Part shown: positions 10,701-23,400 of the stretch, piece after piece | Layout of the letters: each line of letters opens with the position of its first letter | Position numbering within the stretch: the stretch's first letter is position 1 | DNA from: Candidatus Poseidoniales archaeon | GTDB lineage: Archaea; Thermoplasmatota; Poseidoniia; Poseidoniales; Poseidoniaceae | Assembly (NCBI GenBank): GCA_012959275.1 | Contig: DUDM01000043.1 | Span: 2,910 to 66,909 of the forward strand | DNA length: 64,000 bases | Direction of reading: 5' to 3' | The notes under the pieces: model-generated | Database searches by the model: none | The model's input: the letters and a program-made list of their open reading frames with translations, nothing else | Told to the model about the DNA's origin: nothing | Translations under genes and position numbers: made by a program

Positions 10701-10931
10701 TCTGGAAACGTTGTAGCACTATCAGATAAAACTACCCAGATTCGCTATGGTGAACTCGACGATCCAGGCGCAGGCACTGATACTCTCGATGATGACAAGA
10801 GTGGAACAACAGGTGTTCCAACTTGGACATGGGGAGTTATCATCGGCATAGTCGTTGTAGCATTCGGAATTGGCGCATTCATCCTTAGCCGTGGTGGCGA
10901 GGGTGGAGAAGGCAAGGAATGGGATTATTGA
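7758..10931 (+). CDS. Large cell-surface protein (1057 aa): signal peptide, CARDB/Ig-like beta-sandwich domains, C-terminal TM anchor
   Basis: N-terminal signal peptide MKNIVPMTLILLMFASVFANTAW. CARDB-like segment (GDEVNFVVSVKNHGTNNVTEMNIEATIYLADG). Acidic, Thr/Asp-rich Ig-like repeats. C-terminal helix GVIIGIVVVAFGIGAFILS followed by RGGEGGEGKEWDY. Confidence 0.75.
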   Translation: MKNIVPMTLILLMFASVFANTAWIEMNENEMDGAADGRADDDVGILGILEPRATKTDTMTGELRNTVKAGDEVNFVVSVKNHGTNNVTEMNIEATIYLADGTVATDFAGNDLTWLDAVICDDAQSCPVQSLAAGAYLNGGSYSVRDASGAAIAWAAPLGAYTIAIELDVMSGDDDITNDEFTVDITVVNWYDIAIDLEWNPSVEQAEGAGPHDFTLTVSTDGSEEWSARSVVVDLMITGAALDTAVDGDGNDIKGTTTHETGTSQIVDVFFNESAPCDDPGPDNITGTADDGPCDARNGNGSRLVIDYQDSWTYSGTVTPDANANGGYQVEAALVNYTLYGAAAECQESGEVTIDNGPDGIEGTEDDIREIRTFMNICEVPVETDDNNSNNEDKITGFIGSYHNIGVSSLVIAQGYDSTGNGEATSMRGDQDEIDVGFSRLHAMVEHRGSSGTGPYDWEVTFVVTDVYDNNSVVATYTADECPAGVAPPYTHLDLGEGLTAQPAGYACSSHEFDSGTYKITATVAMVNPTNPDESSVDDSQTATVEARNHDPVISLSLTSEGDIVVGDIVSFDVSAFDAEDITGESLTYSWSRITTDSMSVDIGECSPSDDGAGGLTKGERTCAVPVDGSWATTLPVTVKVTDPHGGEASDKVDLKVWNRQVAEATAASDAVSISYDLTYMAVADFSITASDSAAIEGVLLGNSEEGADSVYVIDYAPVTNYGPGDVGSNALSITFPGSSTEDYSLWYQYPGQDWILLDGEAEQDGATNMKLEWVNLTSGTLNNGLLGIFNAAAGTGAVPANGVSNAIGVNMAGGLIAVQWTLENGGVDLLSGDKIQICSVTNANETCTSVDKDATQHLLTGTHGQVFDVTVSVINVNGANANVKTFTTTADAEVSPVPTTTFGSIANGSTAWTFTITTADAGNAVKLYVCWKDSTYEASQLTPDDLSCQPMDIADASVDITKPSVTSETVYHFSIFAEDSSGNVVALSDKTTQIRYGELDDPGAGTDTLDDDKSGTTGVPTWTWGVIIGIVVVAFGIGAFILSRGGEGGEGKEWDY

Positions 10932-10984
10932 ATCCCAAGCCGACTCCAGCATGAATGAGTAATTTAACTGCATAGCAGTAATAC

Positions 10985-11030
10985 GGCCAGCAGGGTCCTT
11001 GAGGGGGCCCTGCTGGCGACCTTTTTTTCT
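10985..11030 (+). terminator. Hairpin plus T7 tract terminator downstream of the 1057-aa surface-protein gene
   Basis: CCAGCAGGG-tccttgagg-gCCCTGCTGG (perfect 9-bp stem) followed by cgaccTTTTTTTc. Archaeal termination at oligo-T. Confidence 0.55.
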
Positions 11031-11490
11031 TAACATCAACAGCACAGCAGTGAGGATTACAATCCTTGGTTGTGTTAATTTCTTGAAATTTTATGTAGCC
11101 GCATTTTGTTGGCAAAAGAAAATTCCACTTGATTTTCAAATGATTATCAGCTCAGGCCATTGGATTATTATTAAAATTGGAAATAATATTCAATGTCAAG
11201 TAATTTCGTCCTCTGATAATACTCCTGTTCTGGCTTAATCCCCATGCCATTTTTCAAATCCTCTAGGCAATATCGCCAAATTAGTTGGAAAATGGCCTCC
11301 GGCCGCGCCTAGTGTATAAGGGTCATCCTACTTACAAACGGATTGTTCTGCCAAGTGCCGGAGAATTGTTACGGAAAAGGGCCTAATCCGCTCTAAGTCT
11401 ATCGCTTTTTCAAATAAGATGTACCCCAACACTCATAAGGAAAACAATTACTCCAGCAGCCTGCATACAGTCCGTAAGGGGTTTGATGAC

Positions 11491-14400
11491 ATGATAAATG
11501 GAAGCAAGATGAAGAAGACAACAATCTGGGGTGGGCTCTTTAGCGCCCTCCTCCTTTGTGCACTGATGGCAATTATGCCATTCAGCAGCATGGTGGATAA
11601 CCCGGTGAGCGAGACTGACTATACAGAGTCAGAAACGGCAGAACAGAAAGATGATCCTTTCCACCTGCCCGAAACGATTGAACAAGTAGAATGGGAGTAT
11701 GCCCTCGAAGATGAACTTCAGGGTATGCGCGATGTAAACCAAAAAGCCTTCGTACACGATGGTGAAATTTCGGTGCTAACAAGCAGCGAACCTTTGCACT
11801 ATCTTGAAGCAGGCGCTTGGGAAAATATCGATACCAACATAGTACCAACCGCATTCGGCTGGGAAGTCTCGAAGAACGTCTTCAAGACTACATTCTCGTC
11901 TGATGTTGGAGCTGGTGTAGCGGTTCAGATGGACCCTAATGTTGACCCAATTATCGTGGGAATTGCCCCACAGATTGTAACTCTCGATGAAGCAGGCGTG
12001 GCGCCGGAAATGCACCATGTTGCACCTTCACATGATGCAATCAGCGTTGGTGGAAATGTAATCCGCTACCCTGTTGCAGATGGTTATGATTTGGATTATG
12101 AGGTTTCATCCGTACAGATGAAGCAGAACCTTGTTATCCGTCAACAGCCAGTTCTCGATGAATCCGTTGCTTGGTTCGGTCTACGCGAAATTATTCGCTT
12201 ACCAGCAGGCTATGCTCTATTCATCGGTGATGAAGTGGTTGGAGAAGAAATCGTCTCTACTCAAGAACTGATGACAATCCGTAGTCTTGAGACTGGAGAG
12301 GTATTAGCAGAAATTCCAGTACCAGTGGTATTGGAACCTGGAGCCGAAGAACAGTACACCGCTACTTTCTTCGTCAGTTTCACTAATGGACAAATCGTCT
12401 TGACTACAGCAATTGATACTGATTGGTTAATGGATGAGGACCGAGTTTTCCCTCTTTCTCTTGACCCAACAATCAAGCGCACGTCATCTACAGGAGGATA
12501 CTGCTATCGCTACTACGCATATTGCTACAGTGGAAATAGCCGTTATTTCTACCGCTATAATGCACGCATCTACTATCTACCTTGGAGCAAGTACCAGTTT
12601 AGTAGCAGCAATGCTATGCCTAGTGGCTCAACAACCTCCTCAGTAAAGTGGAAGCAATATGTTGGCTACAGCAATACCTGGGGAAGTAGTTCCTATGATG
12701 CTGCAATAATGATGACTTGTGGGACTGCAAGTCGTTATTCTTACAGTATTGCCAGTGCATCCTGTTCCAGCACTTTGCTTGGAATGCCCTCAAGTTCCCA
12801 GTATGGGAATACGAAGGCCCGCAAGATGGTTAGTTCCATTTGGAACAGTCCAAGCGTTGGAACCTTTTCCACCGGAACCGGTTGGAAAACAGTTACTGTA
12901 AATAGTGCATATGAGGGTATCATTACAAATGCTGCCAATAATTCTGCATCAATCGGTATGACTCACATCAATACTAACAGTAATTATTACTACATGTATG
13001 CCCGCTATGGCGGTTCATACGACAGTTATTTGGAAATCACCTATACTGGTGGTTCCGATAGCACTCCACCATCTGCTGATTTCGTACCATACGAGGTAAC
13101 ATCGTACAAGGAGGGTGCCCGTACTTTCTTCACCACCCTCACCGATCCCGCTGGTATTGACACAACATCGTCTGGAAACCCACGCCTTTTCTACAAAATA
13201 GGCAGCGGTTCATGGACTGGCGTTAGTGCATCAAGTATTGGAACCTGTAGCAGCAGTGCTGCAAAGTGTAGATTCAAGGCAACTACCGCAAGCATCAGTG
13301 CTGGCGACTCAGTTGACTACTACTGGGCTTTCCAAGACTTGGCATATGCCGCAGGAATGGCACAGTCAAACAACTTCGCCACACTACCTGCTGGTGGAAG
13401 TGGTTCACCAAGTTCAAACACACCACCATCTACAGTCTTTAATTTCGATGTTGAAGACGTGGCTAACGCAGGAACAGCCAGGAAGATGACCATCCTAACT
13501 ACTGATGTACACGCAGGAAACCGCTATACACCATCAAAGTGGTTCGACAGACAGGTCACCTATTACGACGACAATGATGAATATGTATTCGAGTTCGACA
13601 CCTCAGATTGTGGAAGCGGCGCTAGTTCATGTTTCTATGCAACTAGCTATTATTTCTACAGTCAATGGCAGATGCAGTGGACTACTTCACCATCTTCAGG
13701 ATATAATGGACTTGGTGGTACCAAGTCTGGTGATGCAAAATTCCACAAGGATGACTTCGGATACCTATCCATAACCACAAACAATGGGCCTGGAATGAAT
13801 TTGATTTATGTTTATGACAGCACCTCAAATAAGTGGGCAATGGTCGGATTAGGAGATGCAAGCACTGGAATCGATGAGCCACTTTCTGGCGGAGACGTTG
13901 AGCCCTCTTACAGGTCATCCTATGGATATACTCAGGCATACAACATCAAGGTGCCAGGGGATATCACTGGAACATTCGGTAAGTTTGATTTCAATAATAC
14001 TTACTCCTCGAGTAAGGCAAACTGGATGTGCGTTGGGACCAATGGATGGATTTACTTCTTCCGTTCTACCAGCAGTAATCCAATATGCACCTCTGGATAT
14101 TACTACATCTACAGTACCTCCTACAGGTGGAGTGGATTCGCAATGGGTAGCGGCTATTACGGTCGCATGGCAAGTAGCGGAGAGGTTTCCTCCAAGGTTG
14201 GAAGGGTCGCACCAACTCCTGATATTTATGCCCCTGAAATTGTACATTCAGCACTGAAGGACAGTCACTCAAGAGACAGGACCTTCACCTTTGAAATTAC
14301 AGATGCTGGGGACCCCCCATCCGGACTAAACACCTCGTCCGCTGCTGGCGTTGGGCCAACATTGTACTACACAATTACAGATCCTGATGGCACAGTTAAT

Positions 14401-17400
14401 GCGCAACAATCAAAGGTACTATCACCAGATGATACCCGTGCAAACTGTATAGCATCTACATGTGTTTGGAGTGCTGAGTTGACCGACATAGAGCGTGGCG
14501 CATCCCTATCATACCATACCACAGCAAGAGACATATCGACTGTAAGCAGTGGAACAAATAGTGTAACTACTTCTGCTAACAGTTTCGAAGTTGGAGACCC
14601 AAATAAGGTCTTCATCATAGAGTGGCACGACATGGGCTACACCAATTCATACACCTGTACTTATCAGGTCAAATTGTATGATGTAACCAATGAAATAGAG
14701 TTCCACTATGATACTGGCTGCAGGGTCTATTACGACTATGCAACTGTCGGCTATCAAGACAGTACTCGTACAAAGGGTGCAACTCTACGCACAGAACAGG
14801 GCTACATGGCTGGTGGAAATCCACATACTAACAACTACCGTATCACAACAGATGCAAGTAGCCACAGTTCAGAAACTTTTACCGCAGGATTGACTGAGAT
14901 TACCAATTACCAGACTGCAATTGCCGGTAATAGCAACGGTATGCCATACGGATACTATTGTGCTAGCTCCTACTACTGGAACTCTTACAAAAATGGCTGT
15001 GATGCTAACCTCGATATGCCTGATGGTTTCACTTTCGATTACTTCGGAAACACCTTCAATGGTAGTTCTTCTACAAGTCGTGTTATGATTTCAAGACAAG
15101 GTTCGATGTCATTGAAGAGTACATCCTCAACTCAACCTGAGCGCGCAATGACTACTTGGTACACGACAATGCCGAAACTACCATACTCTAGCAACACGTA
15201 CTCAAGAGCAAACTTGATTGCACCATGGTGGGGATACTACACATCCTACTACTGCTATGATAACACTGCTCTCGATTGTGGCGTACGCTACCGCGTAATG
15301 CCATTCGAAGGCAAGGGAACAGATATTGATGCTGACATCACTCAAGATACATCTTGGGATCTTGTTGACAGCCCGATTCGTGTTAACCCAAGCGGTGATT
15401 ACTTGTCCGTTAACGCTAACTTGAATATCGAGCCAGGCGTAGTGGTACAGGTTGCACAGGGCAAGGGAATTTCCTTTGACGGTGCTTGTGATACATTCAC
15501 AGTATCTGGAAATGATACTGATGGTGACAATAATCACGTTCGCTTTGAAGGACAATACGGCCAGACTTGGACCGGTATTGCCTTTACTGACAGTTGTACA
15601 ACAACTGATGGAACAAATGACCGCCACCAATTCTCATATGTAGACTTCGTAAATACTAGTGACTATGCAATTGCAGCAGGTAGCCGCCACGGCAGCAGCC
15701 CAAGCAGCAATGCAAATGTTGGAAACTTTACTATGGACCATGTAACCTTCAGTAATGTGAAGGGTGCCGTTTCACACGGTAGTGGACAAGGTACAGTATT
15801 CGATATCAGTGACTTCGAAGTCAACGATGCGAGCGAGAGTTGTTTCTTGTTCCCTGATGATGCAATTGTAACACTCACTGATGGAGAAATGGATGGTTGC
15901 AACAGCGACAATTCATACCAACATGGAGCAGTTACTGATGCAACCAGTGGCGCAAGTAGTTCCAGTACCGGTACTGCTTCTGGTTCACTCACTGTAGAGA
16001 ACGTAGCAATCACTGATTCTGAAGCAAACTTAATCCGTTCATTTGCAGAAAACATTTACATTTCAAATGTTTCTGCTACATCTAGCGCAAATCAGGCAAG
16101 ATATGCATTGAGGCTACTAGGTAGTGGAGGAAGCGGTACACACAGTGCTGTGATAAACAACTTTACTGCAACATCATATGGTTATGGTGTGAAAATTGGA
16201 GCAGAGGATTCCTACAGTTTAACTAATGTAGACATCGGAACTTCTACTTTAACGCTTAGCCCAGGAACATCGACGACCAGTGGACCTGTTGGAGATGATG
16301 CAGTTATCGATTCATTGGAAGCAGGTGGAATGGGCATTCAACGCACATTGCCAACAATGTCAAATATCGACCTCGGAACTGGTGAGTTATCTATTACTGG
16401 AAACAGCCCATCCTCAACGCAAACAAGCATCTCTGATCTTGATGCAGGCGGCATAGGAGTTTCTGGTTGTGGCTACAACCTATACTTCGGCAACGTGGAT
16501 ATCTCGGATACAAGCGATACTGGATACTTGAGCGGCAGTTGTTCAAGCAGTGCTGCACAAAACACCATCCTCGTTGAAGGCGGAACAATGGCAAGCAGCC
16601 AATCTTCTAACAACATCATCTATGCGCGCAACTCCAAGATAACTCTTGGTGGAGTGGCCATTACAGGTCAGACTGCAATGGGCAACTACGTTGCTAAGGC
16701 AAGCACCAACGGGCGCATCACCTTAATCGATGTCACCTTTGGAGGCAATGATTGTGCTGATGCAGGCGGCGATGCTGGTAATTGCTGGCTTGAGGTTTCC
16801 TCAAGCAGCGGTAGTATTTGGCTAGGTGGAATTGGAACAGCAACCACATTCAAGGAGAAGAATTCAGTTCGAACCCTGAAGCCTGGAACTACTGTAACAT
16901 CATTCGTGATGGACAGTTCCGGTGCATCCTTGTTCATGATTGGAACTCAGGTCACCGACTCCAATGGTGAAGCAGATGTCTGGACAATCTCTGGAACCTG
17001 TGTTAGTGCAGGATGTAGCAGCCACGACCATGGTACCTATTTCGATGCATATGGCCCTGCTGGAATTCACAGCGCTGCCAACACATCATTTGGACTCGGA
17101 GATGACACCTTCCTAAGATTAACACAACCACCAATCACTCTATCGGATAGCGGAATGGATTGTGCTTACTTAGCAACAAACCAGTCGATGTCAGCCCTTG
17201 ATACTGCTGGCGATGGCATTTATATCCTTGATGATGGTTCAATCCTATTGGATGCCGACCTAACACTAGATGGTTGTACAATACAGATGACTGAGTCAAA
17301 ATTCATCATCCGTAGTGATGCAACCAATTCCCCAACTCTAACTATCAACAATGGTGGAGAGTTGGAGATGATTAAAGGATCAGGCGGCACATTTTCAGAA

Positions 17401-20400
17401 TTGAAGGCAGCATCTGCAGCATATCCACTACACATCACTCTCGGTGATGGTGGAACTCTTGACTTGCAGGGTGTTTACGCCCGCAACTTTGCTCAGGACA
17501 GTACTCAACAGGGTGCTCTCATTATTGGCCCTGGAGCAACAGTCAGTTTGACTGACGGCACAGTAGTTTACGGGGATGCGGCAAGTAGCAAAGATATGGC
17601 GACCATCAAGGTAAACGGAGGAACACTTTCTGTTCTCGATGCAAGCGTAATCAACAATGGCGGTACAGGAACTGGAATTTGGTTTGAACAAACATCAAGC
17701 ACACTTTCTGACATTACTGTTAGCAATGCAGAAGTTGGAATGAAGTCGCATAATGCAGCACCTATAGTCAATGGATTTACTCTTTCTAACAATGATGTTG
17801 GATTGGATTTCTATGGTGGCATGTCTCTTCCTACTATTTACCGCAGTACCTTATTGTCTGGTGAGAGCAACGGATGGACAACCTACGGCTTTGATTTAAG
17901 TTCGTTAATCGGTAAGCAATACGTACAACTTGGTTTTGAGTCAGTCTTCGCGGGCGGAAACGCCCACCCAAGATACAATTACTACACAAGCAAGTATTAC
18001 AACATCTACGACCGCATGCAGTATGAGGTCACTCTTGATAACGGCGCAGTATTCAATTATTCAATCGATCAAGCCGGAAAGGACAGTGCAGGATATTGGG
18101 ATGACCCAACATCCGATAGTTCAGACTATGGTGGCTGGGGTAATTACAGCTGTGGCCTATATGGCTATGTGCAGAACCCTGCTTACCGAGATTATGGTTA
18201 TTATTACTATTTCCATAATTACGGACCCTACACTCAAAGCAGTAATGGCTACTATGGCGCAAACGCCGAACCAGATCAGTTCGGATTCCGCTGGGAAGCA
18301 GGAGAAACAAGCACCGCTAGTTCCTTGTATTACCCATACCATTACTGGGGATACTACTGGCCATCTTCCCAATTCGGAAGCAACTACCAAGGTGGAATCT
18401 ATGAACCACCATCCGGTTTTGATGGCTTGTGGAGTAATTACAATGTCTGTATTGATTACGCATATACATACTACCAGAGCCCTGGAACCGGCGCTCGTTT
18501 GGCAATGCCAATTATCGACACACTGAATACAGGTACTAATTCCGGAACCTCTGGAAATATTGTAGGATTGAAATTATACATCGATGTTCTACACAAAGGT
18601 GCCGATTACTATCAGGACCGCTTGGACTTCGTTGGACGTTCATCGAATAATCACAATGATATGGGTGATTGGGCACGTGAATCTGGAAAGCCTACCTTCA
18701 CTCAAGGAACAATCACTGGTGCAGATATAGGAATTGAGATTGGTGGAAACTTTGCAGCAGCAGTTGTTGAAAACGTTGAGATCACCAGCCCAACCACAAC
18801 TGGTTTGAAGGTCTCTGGTTCAACAGCATCCTCATTCGACTACCTGAATGTTTCAGGTGGAAGTTATGGAGCGTACACAACATTGACCAGCCGAGGCAAA
18901 CTCCATTTGAAGAATATTGACTTCGATAATCAAGGCGTTGCTGGTGTTTCTTATCTCAAGGACATAGCCGGTAGTATCTCTGGAAGTGTTACCAACAGCG
19001 CAGGTGCCGCAATTAGCTACGGTGTATTGACTACTGCCGAACGCAATTTAGGAATCGACCTTTCAGGAAATGCAATCGGAGTATTGACTGCAGGAAGTGG
19101 AGATATTAATTTGGAGGGCAACACCTTTGCTAATGCAAAGGACTTCGTAATAAGCGGGTCATCGACGGTGACATTTATTGATGGAACGGTAGATGAAAGT
19201 ACGGTAGACGTGTCAGGCAATGGTGTCTTCAATAGAGCCCGAAGCCTTATCGCATCTATTACTGCTGATTCAAACGATGTTGTCGGCGCTGAGGTATACC
19301 TGATGGATAGCTCTGGGAAACCTACTGGTAACGGCGTTACTGATGCTAATGGTGATGCAGATGGAATCATATACTATACTGCAGTTGTTAACAAGGCAGG
19401 ATTAACTAACCCTGTCCTAGCTGGATACAAGTTAGCAACGGTTGCACAGATTGGCGCATACAGTTCATCAACTGCAGATTTCCGCTACTACTATGATAGC
19501 GTAACTCTCGATGCGAACGCTGCAACAATTGCGGACGTTGCATTAACCAATAAGTTCGATGCAAGGGTTTGCTATAGTTTCACTAGTACTTCATACCATA
19601 TGATTGCACCATGTGCCAGCTCTCTTTCAACAAATGGAAAGAGAACAATTGGTACCATGGTGGAGTATGGATATTATGGAGCAGTAGATTGGGATATGTC
19701 TGGAAAGACGATCATGGTCGACGCACCATACATGTACCTCAAAGGTAAGAGTGGAACCAATATCAACGATTGGAGCGATAGCACCATTATCAATACAGGT
19801 TCTTACGATTATTATGGTACGACTAATTATCGTTCCACATACCCATATAATGCGAAATTCCACGTAGAAAATAGTACTATGATTGCTCTTTCAGGAGTGG
19901 ATGAAAACACTGGAGTGCCATTTGGTTTCGACCTCGGATATTATGCATGGTCAGATGTTAATCCATACTACAAGAACAGCACCTTTATTGGCCTGCAGAC
20001 AATCGCAGCAGCAAATGAATATGGAAACGTAATGCCTGATAGATTCGTCGTTGAAGACAACATTATTGTCAGCAACACACCTGTTGTACCAGGCTCAACC
20101 AGTTTCTACTATGATGAGATGTGTGTTGTGAACGGAGCAGTAAATGGTGCATCAGTTGCAAGGAACCAATTCTCTGGTTGCGCAATTGGAGTTCGCAGCA
20201 TGAATACTATCTACTCCTACTACTATGGGAGAAGCACATGGGGTGCTGATAACATGACCATCGAGGGTAATACCTTCGATGGCGGTGTACTCGATGTATG
20301 GTTCGCTCTTGGCAGTTATTCAGATGACAACGTGGTCAAAGATAACATCCACACGGGTGCTACTCAGACCGAATACGCAATTTATGCACAGGATAGAAAC

Positions 20401-23400
20401 ACTGTACGTCCGGTCATTGAAGGAAACACCATCTATAACTCGAAAGAACCAATCTACATGCGCGGTGCACTAGGCTGGGACATTAGCGAGAACACCATCT
20501 ATGGTGATGGAAATTCCGGACACGCTGGAATTTACGTCAAGGATGGATACGGTTCTATTGATGGAAACATCCTTATCGATGCAGATGGTGGAATCCTCGT
20601 AGACGGTCTATCCTATGGCTACTCAGCCTCGGTGACCAACAACGAGATCTACCAATCCAATGGAAGAACTGCAGTTAGTGCAGTCGGAATTTGGGCAGAA
20701 GATTGTGGAACATCAACTCTCGAGACTGGTGGCAATGACATTACCATAATGGGCAATGCACTTGTCACTGATGGATGCGATATCGAAGATACAGGCAGCG
20801 TATTTACCGGAACCGGCGGAAGCGGCGGAATGGTCTACACTGTCAACATCATGGCAGGTTATTTCGCACCACAGAACTTGAGCATTAACGAAGGAGACAC
20901 TGTCAAGTGGCGCCTACAGAATTACTCGAGTGGCACAAACTACCAACACGGTACCATCTCAAATGATACCGATGGAAGTGGCTCACCACTCTGGGATTCT
21001 GGTGCAATGAACTTGGGAGGTACCTTCACCCACCTCTTCACCACTGCTGGAACCTACAACTACTCTTGTACAAACCACCCTACCACTATGTGGGGAACAA
21101 TCACTGTTGCCTCAGGTTCAACCTCATCTTTCACCAGCATCGGATTAGATGTTGTGGGAAGTAATGATGATGTTTCCTTGAATGGTACAGAAATCAGCGG
21201 CTTCACTACTGCTTACGAGCAATCTGGTGGAAGCCTCTTCCTGAATGGTGGAGCTGATTTGGAAGGTGGCGACTATGCAGTTGACATCGATGGAACTGAT
21301 GTTTCATCAGATGGCGGAATGTTGTCAGCAACCTCTGCTACTGGAGTAGGTCTATACTTCACCGGTGGTGGTGCTCTTGCACTAGTCGATTTATCGACTG
21401 ATGCACCTCAGGGTGTCTACATCGATGGAAGCACAGATGGATTGTTCGACTGGAATGGTGGAACTGTCTACAGTGGTACTGGTCTCTATGCGGTCGACAA
21501 GGCTGAAGGAGATATTCAGAACATGACTTGGACAGACGCAAGCACCCAAATCTATGCGGGTAGCGACACCAAGATTACCAGTGTTGGAAACACACTCGAC
21601 GAGAACAAATTGGTAGTTGTCACCGGTGCAGAAGTTCATGAAGCAAACTTGCTTGACTTGAACGTTAACCACTTAGGTGCAGCATCAAGCAACGTTGGAC
21701 TGTTGATTACTTCCGAGAGCGGCAACAAGGCAGCATACGTTAGCCCTGACATGCGCAATACCGGAGTATTGGCTGTTGGAACATCTGGTGACGCTGGAGA
21801 CTTATCCGACTGGTTCGGTAATGTTGACAACCCATCTGATGACCTGATGCCTGGTGTTATGTCAAGCGATGGCGCTGGTGAAGACTTCATGGCTACATGG
21901 GATGAGACAAACTTGTTCCTCGCTCTAACTGGAGTCGACATGGATAATGGAGATCTAATGATCTTCCTAGACACTGCTGATGATGGAAGCACAGACGGCT
22001 GGGAGTGGGACGGTACAACACCATCCCTCGGCTACAGCGCAAACTATGCTTTCTGGGCAGAGGACGGTAGCGATTCGCCAAATGATGGAGATACAACTTA
22101 CAGTTACTCCTTGAAGAAGTGGCGCGGTGACAAGTGGGATGACAGCCTAGGCTGCACCAACATGGCCGCTCACGTCGGATGGACGGATAACACCAACACA
22201 GAGTTGAAGATTCCGTGGGATTGTATCGGAAGCCCAAGCAACCGCTGGGTCCGCATGTCAGTAGTTGTTCTTGAGGAGACTGGTGGCGTAGTTGCCAGCA
22301 ACCACCCAAGCACCGGCTACCTCAGCATGAACCTCGGCAAGGCTAACCTTGGCGATGGTACTCTATCTGATGAGCGCTTAAACTACCGCAGTTATATCGG
22401 TAGCAACTCGCCAAGCCCATCTGAGGATTACAACATCTTAGCAAAGGTAGCTGCAGATTGCGCAGAAGACTGGGGCAACATCGACGGACTAGATATGTCA
22501 GAAAACCGCGACGAGGACATCGACATTCTACGTGCATGTCCAATCATCACTGGTATTGAAGACGTTTCATACGATGAAGACAGTGGAGCCCAAACCATCT
22601 CCTTGACAGACAAGGCAGATGATGTACAGGATTCGGCAGCTTCTCTATCATGGACTCTTGAAAGCGATGTTGATGCTGATGGCGACTTGTTAACTGTAGT
22701 TCTAGTCGCTCACGACTTGACTATCACGCCTAAGGACAACGAGTTCGGCACCTACCTGATTTTACTAACTGTAGAAGACAGCAATGGTCTAAGCGCTTCC
22801 AAGTCGATGTTGATTACCGTCAACAACGTCAACGATGCACCAACAATCTGCAACACAGGACGCACCGATTGTATGCCAGTGTTCAGCGATGATGGATTCG
22901 ATAACCTAAACGTTCTCGATGAAGGATTCGGTAGCCACAGCAAGCCACTCGGTTTGATTGCAAACAGCGCTGGTTCATACATCACCGATCAGGCCAACGA
23001 GCAAACACAGACTCTATCTAACTCAGAGAATGTACCTCAGGCTTACATCTTCGGTGCAAGCGTACCAGCTGAGTGTGGCGCATTCAGCGTTGCAGTTGCC
23101 AACAATGAGTTGAGCATCACAGAAGTAGCAGATAACGAACTTGGTGGAGTTTGTACAGTCACTCTAACATTGAGCGACGGTGCAAGCGTCAACGATGCAG
23201 CAACAAGTGTTGATGTTGACTTCACAGTCAACCCAGTCAACGATGTGCCAGTTATCCCAGAGTACGATGTCAATACCGATGCACACCTCACCACCGGTGA
23301 GGGGGTTGCAGTTGCAACACCATGGTCAGTATCAGTGACAGAGGACACAGGCTGCGTAAATGCAGTTTGTGCTAACACCGATGCTCTAACCTTCGACCTA

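Noticed and set aside
10999-11238. 79-aa + strand ORF in the long intergenic region before the giant gene
   Set aside because: AT-rich, Ile/Asn/Phe-biased translation with no signal of a real protein. Region more likely regulatory.
20830-21110. Possibility that the cupredoxin segment is a separate small gene
   Set aside because: It is in frame with no start or stop context and is flanked by continuous coding sequence of the giant ORF. Treated as an internal domain.
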